The notes under the pieces were generated by a model. It did no database searches, was not told the origin of the DNA, and was given only the letters and a program-made list of their open reading frames with translations. A DNA stretch of 60,087 nucleotides, counting the filler. It is 4 parts of 4 records of this genome, joined end to end, with 100 filler letters (N's around TTAATTAATTAA, not from the genome) between each part and the next. Parts side by side here need not be neighbours in the genome. Positions count along the whole stretch, not along the records: positions 1 to 13,293 come from SRR31156797_709; 3 more parts are not named here. The stretch is one strand, 5' to 3'. The position numbers and the translations under genes were made by a program. Below, piece after piece: positions 1 through 9,528 of the stretch (positions within the stretch are counted from its first letter, which is position 1; each line of letters opens with the position of its first letter).

Positions 1-28
1 CCGAAATTTTATGTCGAACTCAGGTTAT
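1..28 (-). repeat. Probable IS/MITE terminal repeat (AACCTGAGTTCGAC motif)
   Basis: Reverse complement of 1-28 (ATAACCTGAGTTCGACATAAAAT...) matches 50151-50173 (ATAACCTGAGTTCGACTTAAAAT) at 22/23 nt; no transposase in view. Confidence 0.4.
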
Positions 29-60
29 TAGTTTTAACAACCTTAAAAGGAGAAAGTGGC

Positions 61-501
61 TTGACCTATATTGAGAGTTTAACTCAATGGACTGAGCTCA
101 AAAACATAAATGGTAACTCATATGTATACCAAACAACTTTCTTTTCATGGACAGGATTTGGTAGTAATACAGAATTAAAGATTGAAGAAGGCATAGTTAC
201 TTCGAGAGTTTACCAAGAGTTTAAAATAAATGAGGCAAATGGGCAACGGGAAATAATTGACACATATACTGAATCAGAGGCAGATTTGGGTAGTCATGAA
301 AAAGGGGCAAATCCATTAACAATTGATGATCTCTATAATTCATGTGCAGGTGAATATTTATCAGTAGATAAGGAGAAAAATACATTGTATTTTGAGGCTG
401 AATTAGATGGTTTGATGACTTTATGCGGGTTTGTACCAGATGGATGTATGGATGATTGCTTTAGAGGTGTAACAATTACTTCCTTTGAGTGGCTTGACTA
501 A
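61..501 (+). CDS. Hypothetical protein, probably 5'-truncated
   Basis: 146-aa ORF from TTG; the frame is open back to position 1; Cys-rich C-terminus (CGFVPDGCMDDC). Confidence 0.6.
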   Translation: MTYIESLTQWTELKNINGNSYVYQTTFFSWTGFGSNTELKIEEGIVTSRVYQEFKINEANGQREIIDTYTESEADLGSHEKGANPLTIDDLYNSCAGEYLSVDKEKNTLYFEAELDGLMTLCGFVPDGCMDDCFRGVTITSFEWLD

Positions 502-600
502 AAATCTTTAGTGATTTACTAATAATGTAGCTGCTAAAATGCAATTGTGTTTGTCGTATTGTTAGCTGAAACTAAAAAGCAAGATAAGAGTCTACATAAC

Positions 601-634
601 AAAAAATGCTCTTACAATAAGAAGAGCATTTTTT
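601..634. terminator. Bidirectional intrinsic terminator
   Basis: AAAAAATGCTCTT-loop-AAGAGCATTTTTT between convergent genes. Confidence 0.75.
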
Positions 635-642
635 AGAGATAA

Positions 643-1821
643 TTATTTATATGAACTATTAAGGATTTTTAGAATATCATTATCAGATAGAGAAATTCTA
701 TCAAATGAGAATAACAAGCCCATTGTTTCACGAGAATTCTTTATCATTAATTCAAATTCATCTTGTTTAATTCCATAATCCGACATTTTTAAATTATCTA
801 CACCGCAAGATTTCATTAAACTGGATAAACAATTGATAAATGACAATGCAGTTTCTTCAATTGTTTTATTGGAGGTTTCTACACCCATAGCTTTTGCCAT
901 TTCAGCATATCGTTCAGGGATTTTTGTGGCAAAAAAGGAATGATACGCCAAAGCAATCATGATTAATCCAGCTCCATGAGGTAAGTTTGGATGAAATGCA
1001 CTTAATGCATGTTCCAAAGAATGTTCAGATGTACAACTTGAAGTTGATTCAACAAAACCAGACAAAGTGTTAGCTAACGCCACATTTTCTCTTGCCTTAA
1101 TATTAGAACCATCATTAACTGCAATTTCTAAATTCTTGCTAATTAATTCAATACTTTTTAATGCATATATGTCACTAAGTGGTGTTGCTGTGTTTGCAAT
1201 ATAACCTTCTATGGCATGAAACAAAGCATCAAAGCCTTGAAAAGCTGTTAGCATTGGAGGGACAGATATCATTAATTCTGGGTCAACTACTGAAATGAAG
1301 GGAAAGGTCTCTTGCGTTCCAAAACCAATTTTTTCATTGGTGTCTTCATTTGTAATTACTGTCCATGGGTCGGCTTCTGTTCCTGTTCCAGCTGTAGTTG
1401 TGATTGCAATAATCGGAAGAACTTTATTTTTAAGTGGTGTCCCCTTGCCAGTTCCTCCAAAAATATAATCCCAATAATCACCATCATTTGTCGCCATGAT
1501 TGCAATACTTTTGGCAGCATCTATACTGCTTCCACCACCTAATCCAACTATGACATCACAACCTTTTTCTTTAGCCAGAGCAGAACCAGCCATAACTTGT
1601 TCTTTAGTAGGATTGGGAGATATCGTATCATAGACTATAGTTGCAATAGATTTTTTTCTAAGTAATTCTTCAACTCTTTGAAGATAACCATGCTTTCGCA
1701 TAGATGTACCAGAACTAATGACAATAAGAGCTTTTGAAAAGGGAAGAGTTTCCTCCTCCAATGCGTTTAGTTTACCTGCCCCAAATAGGATTTTCGAAGG
1801 AATGTGATAATTAAATTTCAT
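643..1821 (-). CDS. Iron-containing alcohol dehydrogenase
   Basis: GLGGGSSIDAAK, TTAGTGTE, DALFHAIE, HSLEH, PHGAG motifs. Confidence 0.93.
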   Translation of the reverse strand: MKFNYHIPSKILFGAGKLNALEEETLPFSKALIVISSGTSMRKHGYLQRVEELLRKKSIATIVYDTISPNPTKEQVMAGSALAKEKGCDVIVGLGGGSSIDAAKSIAIMATNDGDYWDYIFGGTGKGTPLKNKVLPIIAITTTAGTGTEADPWTVITNEDTNEKIGFGTQETFPFISVVDPELMISVPPMLTAFQGFDALFHAIEGYIANTATPLSDIYALKSIELISKNLEIAVNDGSNIKARENVALANTLSGFVESTSSCTSEHSLEHALSAFHPNLPHGAGLIMIALAYHSFFATKIPERYAEMAKAMGVETSNKTIEETALSFINCLSSLMKSCGVDNLKMSDYGIKQDEFELMIKNSRETMGLLFSFDRISLSDNDILKILNSSYK

Positions 1822-1827
1822 AATAAT

Positions 1828-2169
1828 TTATTTTTTATTTTCATTGTTTAATAAGTCTGCCCATTTATGAGCCCATAATTCAAGAGGAACAAGTAAACTG
1901 AATATTTCTTGACCATACTCAGTTAACGAATAACCGTCAACTGTTCTTGTGATTAATAGTGCATGTGTTAATTCCTTTATTCTTTTATTCAGTGTTGTTG
2001 GAGATATTGATTCACATCTATTTTGGAGCATGCGAAAAGTACAGGGACCTTCATTTAGGTTCCAAATTATTCCCATTGCCCAACTTCGCCCTAGAAGGTC
2101 AAAAAGAGCCATTATGTTTACACCTGAACTAGAGCCCCTAACAGGCAATCCTGGTCTTGGAAATTCCAT
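1828..2169 (-). CDS. HxlR-family winged-helix regulator
   Basis: DLLGRSW...FRMLQ...ISPTTLNKRIKEL...YSLTEYG pattern. Confidence 0.85.
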   Translation of the reverse strand: MEFPRPGLPVRGSSSGVNIMALFDLLGRSWAMGIIWNLNEGPCTFRMLQNRCESISPTTLNKRIKELTHALLITRTVDGYSLTEYGQEIFSLLVPLELWAHKWADLLNNENKK

Positions 2170-2183
2170 ATCAATTATTTTAA

Positions 2184-2221
2184 TGCTACATATTTGATAG
2201 CAAAGCTACATATAATGTAGC
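2184..2221. promoter_or_regulatory. Tandem palindromic operators upstream of hxlR-adh
   Basis: TGCTACATATTTGATAGCA (2184-2202) and GCTACATATAATGTAGC (2205-2221). Confidence 0.55.
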
Positions 2222-2399
2222 AACTTCCAAATAAAATTATAAATAATGATAGTGTTATTGATATTCCTGATCTTACGTAAGTCGGTATCTGTTTAATCAT
2301 CAGTTAGATGTAATAGTGCGTTTTTAGGCTTTTATATACCGATAGATTTAGGTAAGTTTAATAACTATTTTAAAATGATAATTTTAAATTAAATAAAAA

Positions 2400-2536
2400 T
2401 GGCAGCAGCTAACATGCGGTAATAAGGCATTGGCAAGTTTGTGCCGATTCGACAGGGACGAATCTCGAGTTTGCTTCTGCTCGGTCAGACAGATTAACAC
2501 TCGTCAATCCGCCACAACCTCATATCGCTATTAGTT
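2400..2536 (+). repeat. Degenerate attC-like / cassette-type imperfect palindrome
   Basis: GCTAAC..GCGGT..AAGG..TGGC pairing with GCCA..CCT..ATCGC..TTAGT; GC-richer than flanks. Confidence 0.35.
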
Positions 2537-2849
2537 TCTTTATCTAAAAATATATCATTTGTTTTAGCTGCATTCGGCACTGGAATTATAGTACTCACGT
2601 GTTAAACTTCTAGTTGTTTTGATTTTTATATAATTCAGCCAAGAATCAATATTTCTCTATTGAAGTTTTTAACTAAAATACTTTCATCGAAGAAAACAGT
2701 TGTAACAAGTAAAATGGAGGATCTCGTGTCTTCGAATCTTTGAGGTTTAATGTATTCTTTTATCGGGTTTGATAATGCACTTTAAACGAGAATTAAACCC
2801 TTTCATATGCTTAAGCGTTATCTATATTCAAAAACTGTATTAATGTAAT

Positions 2850-3881
2850 ATGAAAAAGAATCGAAGAATACAGATTATTAGAATTGCATTGTTTTTAGGA
2901 ACTATAGTTTCTTTATACTTTGTGCCCTGGCTACTTGTAAAAGCATGGCTGCTTCCGCTTCCTGATACGATTCAGGAACAAGCAAATGAAGCTATCGATC
3001 ACGGATTTGATGGAATAATTGTTTATTCTCAACAAGCAGATAAGCAACCTCAGTATTATGCTGCGGGTTGGCATAATCGTGAATCCAAAATACCTGCCAA
3101 TCCGCACGCATTATTCAAAATTGCCAGCATTAGTAAGCTATACGATGCTGTGGCTGTAACCAAATTAGTAAGTGAAGGGCGGCTGTCTCTAGATAAAACC
3201 ATCGCTGATTATTTACCTGAACTTGAGGGAAGAATCGAAAATTCAGATAAAATCTCTTTGAGATTGATGATTCAGCATAGAAGTGGTATTCCTAATTTTA
3301 CGGATGCTCCGAATTTTTGGGCCACTCCAACAAAGACATATGAAGAAAGTCTTGCATTAATTCTTGATAAGCCGGCTAACTTTAAGCCCGGTGAAGCCTA
3401 TGAGTATTGTAATACGAATTATCTTTTAATCAATAAGATAATGGATGATGTTCTAGGCTATGGAAACTTTCAATTCATACAGGAAGAAATTCTAATACCA
3501 CTAAATCTTAAGCATACCTTTAGTTCCCTAAGTGAAGTGAATATTGAGGATGTGATGAGTGGTTACCATGTAGGGCATCCGCATGATTTAAAGCTGGATG
3601 AACATGGTATGTTAGCCACAGCAGAAGACGTAGGAATATTCCTAAGAGCACTAAATGATGGTACATTGTTTGAACCCGGAGAACAAGAAATATATGCTTC
3701 TATTTATGAGTATGAACACGCCGGTTGGGTTCCCGGATACCAAAGTTTTGCAGAATACCATAAAGATATTGATGCTGTTATTGTTGCATATTATAGTACA
3801 ACTGATTCTAAACTGTACAATTGGAATTTGTCAGAAATTATAAATAATAGAATTGTAAAGATTTTGAGAAAAGGAAGTTAA
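2850..3881 (+). CDS. Serine hydrolase, beta-lactamase/AmpC-like family
   Basis: FKIASISK (SxxK), HRSGI, YCNTNY (YxN), HAGW; N-terminal TM helix. Confidence 0.9.
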   Translation: MKKNRRIQIIRIALFLGTIVSLYFVPWLLVKAWLLPLPDTIQEQANEAIDHGFDGIIVYSQQADKQPQYYAAGWHNRESKIPANPHALFKIASISKLYDAVAVTKLVSEGRLSLDKTIADYLPELEGRIENSDKISLRLMIQHRSGIPNFTDAPNFWATPTKTYEESLALILDKPANFKPGEAYEYCNTNYLLINKIMDDVLGYGNFQFIQEEILIPLNLKHTFSSLSEVNIEDVMSGYHVGHPHDLKLDEHGMLATAEDVGIFLRALNDGTLFEPGEQEIYASIYEYEHAGWVPGYQSFAEYHKDIDAVIVAYYSTTDSKLYNWNLSEIINNRIVKILRKGS

Positions 3882-4072
3882 AGATATTGTGATTTAATTT
3901 GATCAATTGATGCCATGTAGGTTATAGAAATCTGGCTTTAACAAAAAGTAAAGATGTAGTTGAATACCTAGTACTCGTGTTACTTTTTGTAATCACTTTT
4001 TAAAAAGCCCGGAATAATTTACGATCCCAGGCTTAAATTGCACGTTTATATACAATAAGTTGTTGTATTGTT

Positions 4073-5179
4073 CTATTCAGGATTAATGTAGCTCGGATCT
4101 ACAGCACTACGATAGTAAGTACGAAATCCTATTACAGCTTCAGCAAGTCCCTGAACACCTAGCATAACATCACCTTCGGTATAATAGTCCCGAGAATAAT
4201 AGGATTGTGTAGTTCCTTCCACAAATTTTACAATAGACATTCCCGGAGCGCTAAAAGCAGCGCCATTAAATTCTCCTGCCATAGTCCACGTAGCCATATA
4301 AATATCATCTGACAAAGTTTCGTCTTCAATAACGGTGTACAAGTTTGAAGAACCGGCAAATAGTCTTCCTAAAAACTCACCCATTGTTGTAGGCCCAATA
4401 ATATCAACAATAGGGTCGTGATACTCATAATCTTTAGCAAGATAAGGTAGTACATTCGTCCAGTTGTTGGCATTAATTTCTACTAGCTGACGTCCCACTT
4501 CTAGCTGATCGTTTATAATCTGGTCTTTTAAGCCAGCTGGAATGTTTTCGATGTATTCAGCTTTGGGAGCCAAAGGACACTCATAGTTTGGATCAACAGC
4601 ACATTTGTAGTATGTTCTAAATCCTTCTATGGCTTCAACCAAGCCCGGAATCGTAGCCATAATATCACCCTCAGAATAGTAGTCGCGCTGATAGTATACT
4701 TTCTTGGAGTCAGGCATAAATTTAAAAATAGAGATGCCCTTGGCCTGATACGGAACTTCAAGAAAGTCTCCTGACATCACCCAAGTAGCTGAATAAGTAT
4801 CTTCGGTAAGGGTTTCATCTTCAACAATTGTAATGAGGTTAGGAGAGGCTCCAACGATAAGTTGATTTAGAAATGCCGTCATATCTTCTATTCCTATGAT
4901 ATCAACAATAGGATCATGATACTCTATATCCTCAGTATAGTAAGGTAGTACTTCCGATATGTTAGTAGCTTGTACTTCGAGTAAAGCGCGCCCTATTTCC
5001 ATTCTTTCCTCATGGAGTTTAGCTTCGTCGTCATCTTCATCATTATCTGTACAGCTCTGTGTTAATGCTGCAAACATAATTGCTCCCAGTATTACCATCA
5101 TAAGCTTAAGTGTTTTTGTAAATGATCTCCATTCAAAAGGTGTGTTATCATTTAAGCTTGAAGTGTTTATTGTTTTCAT
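4073..5179 (-). CDS. Lipoprotein with two tandem SnoaL/NTF2-like domains
   Basis: Lipobox LTQSC; duplicated EYHDPIVDIIG and RDYY(S/T)EGD...GFRTYY motifs. Confidence 0.7.
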   Translation of the reverse strand: MKTINTSSLNDNTPFEWRSFTKTLKLMMVILGAIMFAALTQSCTDNDEDDDEAKLHEERMEIGRALLEVQATNISEVLPYYTEDIEYHDPIVDIIGIEDMTAFLNQLIVGASPNLITIVEDETLTEDTYSATWVMSGDFLEVPYQAKGISIFKFMPDSKKVYYQRDYYSEGDIMATIPGLVEAIEGFRTYYKCAVDPNYECPLAPKAEYIENIPAGLKDQIINDQLEVGRQLVEINANNWTNVLPYLAKDYEYHDPIVDIIGPTTMGEFLGRLFAGSSNLYTVIEDETLSDDIYMATWTMAGEFNGAAFSAPGMSIVKFVEGTTQSYYSRDYYTEGDVMLGVQGLAEAVIGFRTYYRSAVDPSYINPE

Positions 5180-5696
5180 ATTGCAATAGATTTAAGATTT
5201 ACAATAAGTTACGAAAAAAAATGAGTGTTTGCAGAGCTCTTTTTAGAGATTAAATAAAACACTTAAAGCAATAGTGAACTTAAAATCAAAAAATATCAAA
5301 GAGTTGTACCTATAAATTCCGATGAATTTGTGGATTTTATCTATGAATTCTAAAATTATTATAGTTGAAGTCTTCAAATGAGTCAGCAATGTCATTTCAG
5401 GCATCAGCGGTATTATTAGTGCCCCAAATGACCATATTAAATTTATGTAGTGTAAATGGAGGTGTGGTTGTAAATATTTGTATAAGAGCTCTTTATTATA
5501 TGAGTTGGTAAGAGAATAAAGCTTTTGCTAATTTGTATATGGAATAGAAAGCTAACTGAAGCACAAAAAATAAATCATAAACCGATAAAAATGTCGGGTT
5601 GGTAGATTATAGTTTCTGAGTTGTGATCAAATAATGACTTTTGAATCGACGATTTCTAGAAGTCAATTTTGGTAACTAACTAATTAGAGAAACTGT

Positions 5697-6197
5697 ATGA
5701 TAAAAAAAATTGCATTGATTTTGATGGCCATAGTGCTCATTCAAAAACAGCTACCTGCCCAAAATTATAAGTTTCAAGCCTTATTTATTTACAACATTGT
5801 TAAACGTATTGACTGGCCTGATCATTCTGGCAATTTTGTTATTGGAGTGGTTGATTGTAAAGAAATCCATCAAGAACTGGAGTCTTTATCTCAAAAGCAG
5901 AAATTAGGAGGTCGAACTATTAAAGTAGTGTCTCTGGAAGCTGATGATGCACAGAATCATAAGCTACATGCTTTATTTCTGGGAAAAAAATCCTCGTCGA
6001 AGGTAGAGGAAATACGTGCTAAAATTCAATCAAAACCCATTTTGTTAATAGGAGAGAAACCAGGTATAAAAGGAGTAGGGATAAACTTTTTGGAGAGTTC
6101 AAAAGGAATTGAATTTGAGATTTATCCTAAAACCATAGCCTCACACAAGCTAAGTGTTTCTAGTTCACTCTTAAATTTAGGTTTGGTGAAAAATTAA
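5697..6197 (+). CDS. YfiR-family (DUF4154) periplasmic protein
   Basis: Signal peptide; ALFIYNIVKRIDWP, FVIGV, INF, LSVSSSLLNL motifs. Confidence 0.85.
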   Translation: MIKKIALILMAIVLIQKQLPAQNYKFQALFIYNIVKRIDWPDHSGNFVIGVVDCKEIHQELESLSQKQKLGGRTIKVVSLEADDAQNHKLHALFLGKKSSSKVEEIRAKIQSKPILLIGEKPGIKGVGINFLESSKGIEFEIYPKTIASHKLSVSSSLLNLGLVKN

Positions 6198-6239
6198 GAG
6201 AACTACTGTTGGGGATTTTTTTTTAAAAAGTTTAAAATT

Positions 6240-8600
6240 ATGATGAAGTATATTAATATAAGATCAGTTTTAGTATTTACAATTTTAACTGTCAACTGTG
6301 CCCTATTTGCACAAGAAGAACCTAAGAATATTAACATTGAGGAGCTTACCTTAGAACAAATGAAAGGGTATACTCAGGAAGATTTATTACAATTTTCGTT
6401 TGAGGATTTAATACTACTGGTTAAAAAATTTAAATTATCATCCATAGATGAATTGTATAAGCTGTTACTCAATCCATCGCAGTCCACAGCTTCAAAAATG
6501 GAAGAAGATGTATTTGATGCACCTTTATCTACTACGGTAATTACGTCTACCGAAATTGAGAGATCCGGAGCCAGAAGTATTCCTGAAGCATTAAAACTTG
6601 CGCCAGGCGTAATTGTACGCGAGAAAACAAACGGTAATTATGATGTTCATTTAAGAGGAAACGACTTTATACCTGCGGGTTCCGATATTTCTAATTCCGT
6701 GAATTCTTCAACCTTGGTGATGATTGATAATCGTCCGGTTTATAATAATTTTTTGGGTGCTACATTTTGGGAAATATTACCGGTAAGTATTAAGGATTTA
6801 GAGAAAATTGAAATTGTATATGGTCCAGTTTCGGCGTTGTATGGACCTAATGCAGTTACAGGATTAATTCATTTAATTACAAAAAAAGCCAGTAAAGAAA
6901 ATGCTGGTGTACGTTTTGATATACAGGCTGGCACAAACAATTCTCAGATATTATTCGGTTCGTATACTGCAGCCAATGATAAAATAGCATTAAATATTTC
7001 CGGTAATTATGAGTATGGAAATCGTTTTCAGGAAGAGTATTATATTCCCCAAACTAATTCATATGTTGAAGGAAACGAAGTAGGTGACATTAATTACCAG
7101 ATGGATACCACATTTAATGCATCTTCGTTCTCTTCTGATTATTTAAAAGCGAAACAAAACGGTGCCTTAAATTTGAGTTTGGTTTACACGCCAACAGATA
7201 AGCTGACCTTGGACTATATGGGGTCGTATCAAAAGTCATCCGTACAAACGGCTTACATGGATATTGGTTCTATCTTGTCCACACGGGAATCGTCATCTTT
7301 TAGTAACAGTTTAAATATTAACTATGGTCAATTCGATGGTCATGTTTCTGCGGTTTTTGGTCATTTAAATGCCGTAAAAGGTTTAGCCGGATATGAATAT
7401 GATTACAATGAGATTAATGCTAAGTTTGGCTATGCTTTTCAATATAAGAACTTAACAATTCGTCCGGGAGTAGATGCAAACTATGCTTATTATTCCGACG
7501 AGGATTATATTAATACAGAGAAGAATAGTGGTCTTTTAAATGGAGATGCCGAGCTGGGAACTGTGCAGGGAAGCTTACGTTTGGATTATACGGCATTTGA
7601 TAAATTACGAATTGTAGGGGCCTGGATGCAGGGTTATTTCTATAAACCGGAAAGATCCTATAATGCATATCAGTTTGCTACTTCATATAAGGCTGGTGAT
7701 AATACCTTGTTACGTTTGGCTGTTTCAAAGGCTAATTCAAGTCCATTTGTATTAAATACTTATATGAATAAAATGGTTGAGATGCCGGCAATGGATGAAA
7801 ATTCAGCTTCTTCAGTGCTTTATAAAGTGGGAAATACAGATTTAGATCCTCTTGAAATGCGAATGTATGAAGTAGGAATAAGACAAAAAGTGGCCAATAA
7901 ACTACAGATTGATGTATCTGCATTTATGAATGACTATGAAAATTATTCCCAGTTGGTTAGAAATCAGCAGAGCATGATGGTTGGGGGAGAACCTGCAGGA
8001 ATAGAAGGAACTGAACAAGAAGGAGAGTTCTCAGAAGGAAGCGAAGTAGTCAGTCAGGAGCAAATTGTAATGTATGAAACCATTGAAAACCTGGATTTAA
8101 AAGCCAGACAGTTTGGTGTAACAGCTAATGTAAAATACATTTTTAATGACAAGTTAAATACATCACTTTTTGCTACATATCAACATACTACTTTAGAAGA
8201 TTATGAAGTGAGCGAAGCTAGTTTTTACGAAGGTTTAACAGGAGAAACGCTGGAATCGGATATGATGGAAGCATCTGCATATATTAATATAGATCATGAT
8301 TATACGCCTAAGTTATATGGAGGAGCAAGTATTAATTATAATCCAACTAAAAAATGGAATTTTAATGCATCCTTTTATGGATATAGTAAGCAAAAGACTT
8401 TTTATTCTGTAGGCAGAGAGTTTAAATGGCTGGAAATTGATCCGAAGTTACAGTGCAATTTAAAGGTTAATTACAATGTAAATAAATGGATGGATGTGTA
8501 TGTAAATGCAAGAAATTTAGCCGCGAGTAGTTCCAGAGAGTTTATCTTTTCAGATAAAACAGGAGGAGTGTATTTAGGCGGAATTAATATAAAATTTTAG
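6240..8600 (+). CDS. TonB-dependent receptor
   Basis: Plug motifs (TASKMEEDVFDAPLS, IPEALKLAPG, IEIVYGPVSALYGPNAVTG); C-terminal Phe. Confidence 0.9.
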   Translation: MMKYINIRSVLVFTILTVNCALFAQEEPKNINIEELTLEQMKGYTQEDLLQFSFEDLILLVKKFKLSSIDELYKLLLNPSQSTASKMEEDVFDAPLSTTVITSTEIERSGARSIPEALKLAPGVIVREKTNGNYDVHLRGNDFIPAGSDISNSVNSSTLVMIDNRPVYNNFLGATFWEILPVSIKDLEKIEIVYGPVSALYGPNAVTGLIHLITKKASKENAGVRFDIQAGTNNSQILFGSYTAANDKIALNISGNYEYGNRFQEEYYIPQTNSYVEGNEVGDINYQMDTTFNASSFSSDYLKAKQNGALNLSLVYTPTDKLTLDYMGSYQKSSVQTAYMDIGSILSTRESSSFSNSLNINYGQFDGHVSAVFGHLNAVKGLAGYEYDYNEINAKFGYAFQYKNLTIRPGVDANYAYYSDEDYINTEKNSGLLNGDAELGTVQGSLRLDYTAFDKLRIVGAWMQGYFYKPERSYNAYQFATSYKAGDNTLLRLAVSKANSSPFVLNTYMNKMVEMPAMDENSASSVLYKVGNTDLDPLEMRMYEVGIRQKVANKLQIDVSAFMNDYENYSQLVRNQQSMMVGGEPAGIEGTEQEGEFSEGSEVVSQEQIVMYETIENLDLKARQFGVTANVKYIFNDKLNTSLFATYQHTTLEDYEVSEASFYEGLTGETLESDMMEASAYINIDHDYTPKLYGGASINYNPTKKWNFNASFYGYSKQKTFYSVGREFKWLEIDPKLQCNLKVNYNVNKWMDVYVNARNLAASSSREFIFSDKTGGVYLGGINIKF

Positions 8601-8626
8601 TTTAGGTTAAGTTAGTTTTTGTGTAC

Positions 8627-8662
8627 CAAGGCCCTCGTCAATGGACGGGGCTTTGTTGTTTT
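8627..8662. terminator. Intrinsic terminator
   Basis: CAAGGCCCTCGTC-AATG-GACGGGGCTTTG followed by T-rich tract. Confidence 0.65.
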
Positions 8663-8689
8663 TGTATGTTTTTTAACTAAAAAAGATCT

Positions 8690-9385
8690 CTATTTTAAAA
8701 GTTTGGCCACAAAATGGCTAAGCATTTCTTTCACTTGGTCGTAGTTTTCATTTGTAACGGTAATGTCAGTTAAGCGAGGAAGATGCATTGCATAGTAACT
8801 GTGATTATTTGCCATATCAATTAAATTACTTGCCAGCGCATGCGGATATGGAAAATCAGGATTTACTTCTTCAATTACCTTTGATATTCTTTCGGATAGT
8901 GCTTTGAAATTACTAAAAAGTCCATCTTTATTATCCTTGTCAACTTCTTTGGTGTGATAAGCTTTAGTTCCTTCTGTTATTACCAGTCGTTGTAATATGC
9001 TTTCGTTAACGTAATCTATATCCGGATTTTCAGCATATGCCTCAATAAGCATTTCTATTATAATATCCAGTTTCTTTTCTGCTGATTCAATGTTTTTAGT
9101 ATTTATATCAATCAGATAACTTAACCACTCCCAGTACCACGAAACTAAATAAATAAGTAATAAGTGCTTGTTCTCGAAATATCTATATACAGATGCTTCT
9201 GTAGATTGAATGACTTTAGCCAGTTTTTTAAAAGTAAATGATTCAAACCCTAGTTCATCAATGAGCAAAATACTGTTTTTAATAATTTTTTGACCAAGAT
9301 TTGTTTTTTGTGGGTCTCTAAGGTAAAGTCTTGAGTTTAAGTTTATTTGAATTCCGATTGACATCTTTTTAGAAATTTTTTTCAA
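8690..9385 (-). CDS. TetR/AcrR-family regulator
   Basis: GFESFTFKKLAKVIQSTEASVYRYFENK helix-turn-helix. Confidence 0.88.
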   Translation of the reverse strand: MKKISKKMSIGIQINLNSRLYLRDPQKTNLGQKIIKNSILLIDELGFESFTFKKLAKVIQSTEASVYRYFENKHLLLIYLVSWYWEWLSYLIDINTKNIESAEKKLDIIIEMLIEAYAENPDIDYVNESILQRLVITEGTKAYHTKEVDKDNKDGLFSNFKALSERISKVIEEVNPDFPYPHALASNLIDMANNHSYYAMHLPRLTDITVTNENYDQVKEMLSHFVAKLLK

Positions 9386-9447
9386 AAATAACCATTTTCA
9401 GTAAAACAAAAGTAAATATTCTTCGTTAGAATAATCGAGTTTAAAAA

Positions 9448-9462
9448 GATAGTAATACTATC
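9448..9462. promoter_or_regulatory. Candidate TetR operator
   Basis: Perfect palindrome GATAGTA-A-TACTATC in the divergent tetR/sulP intergenic region. Confidence 0.6.
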
Positions 9463-9528
9463 ATATGAGAAAGTAAAGGTATTTGTTCAAATAGTATAGG
9501 TATTTTATAGTCAATAAATAAAACATAA

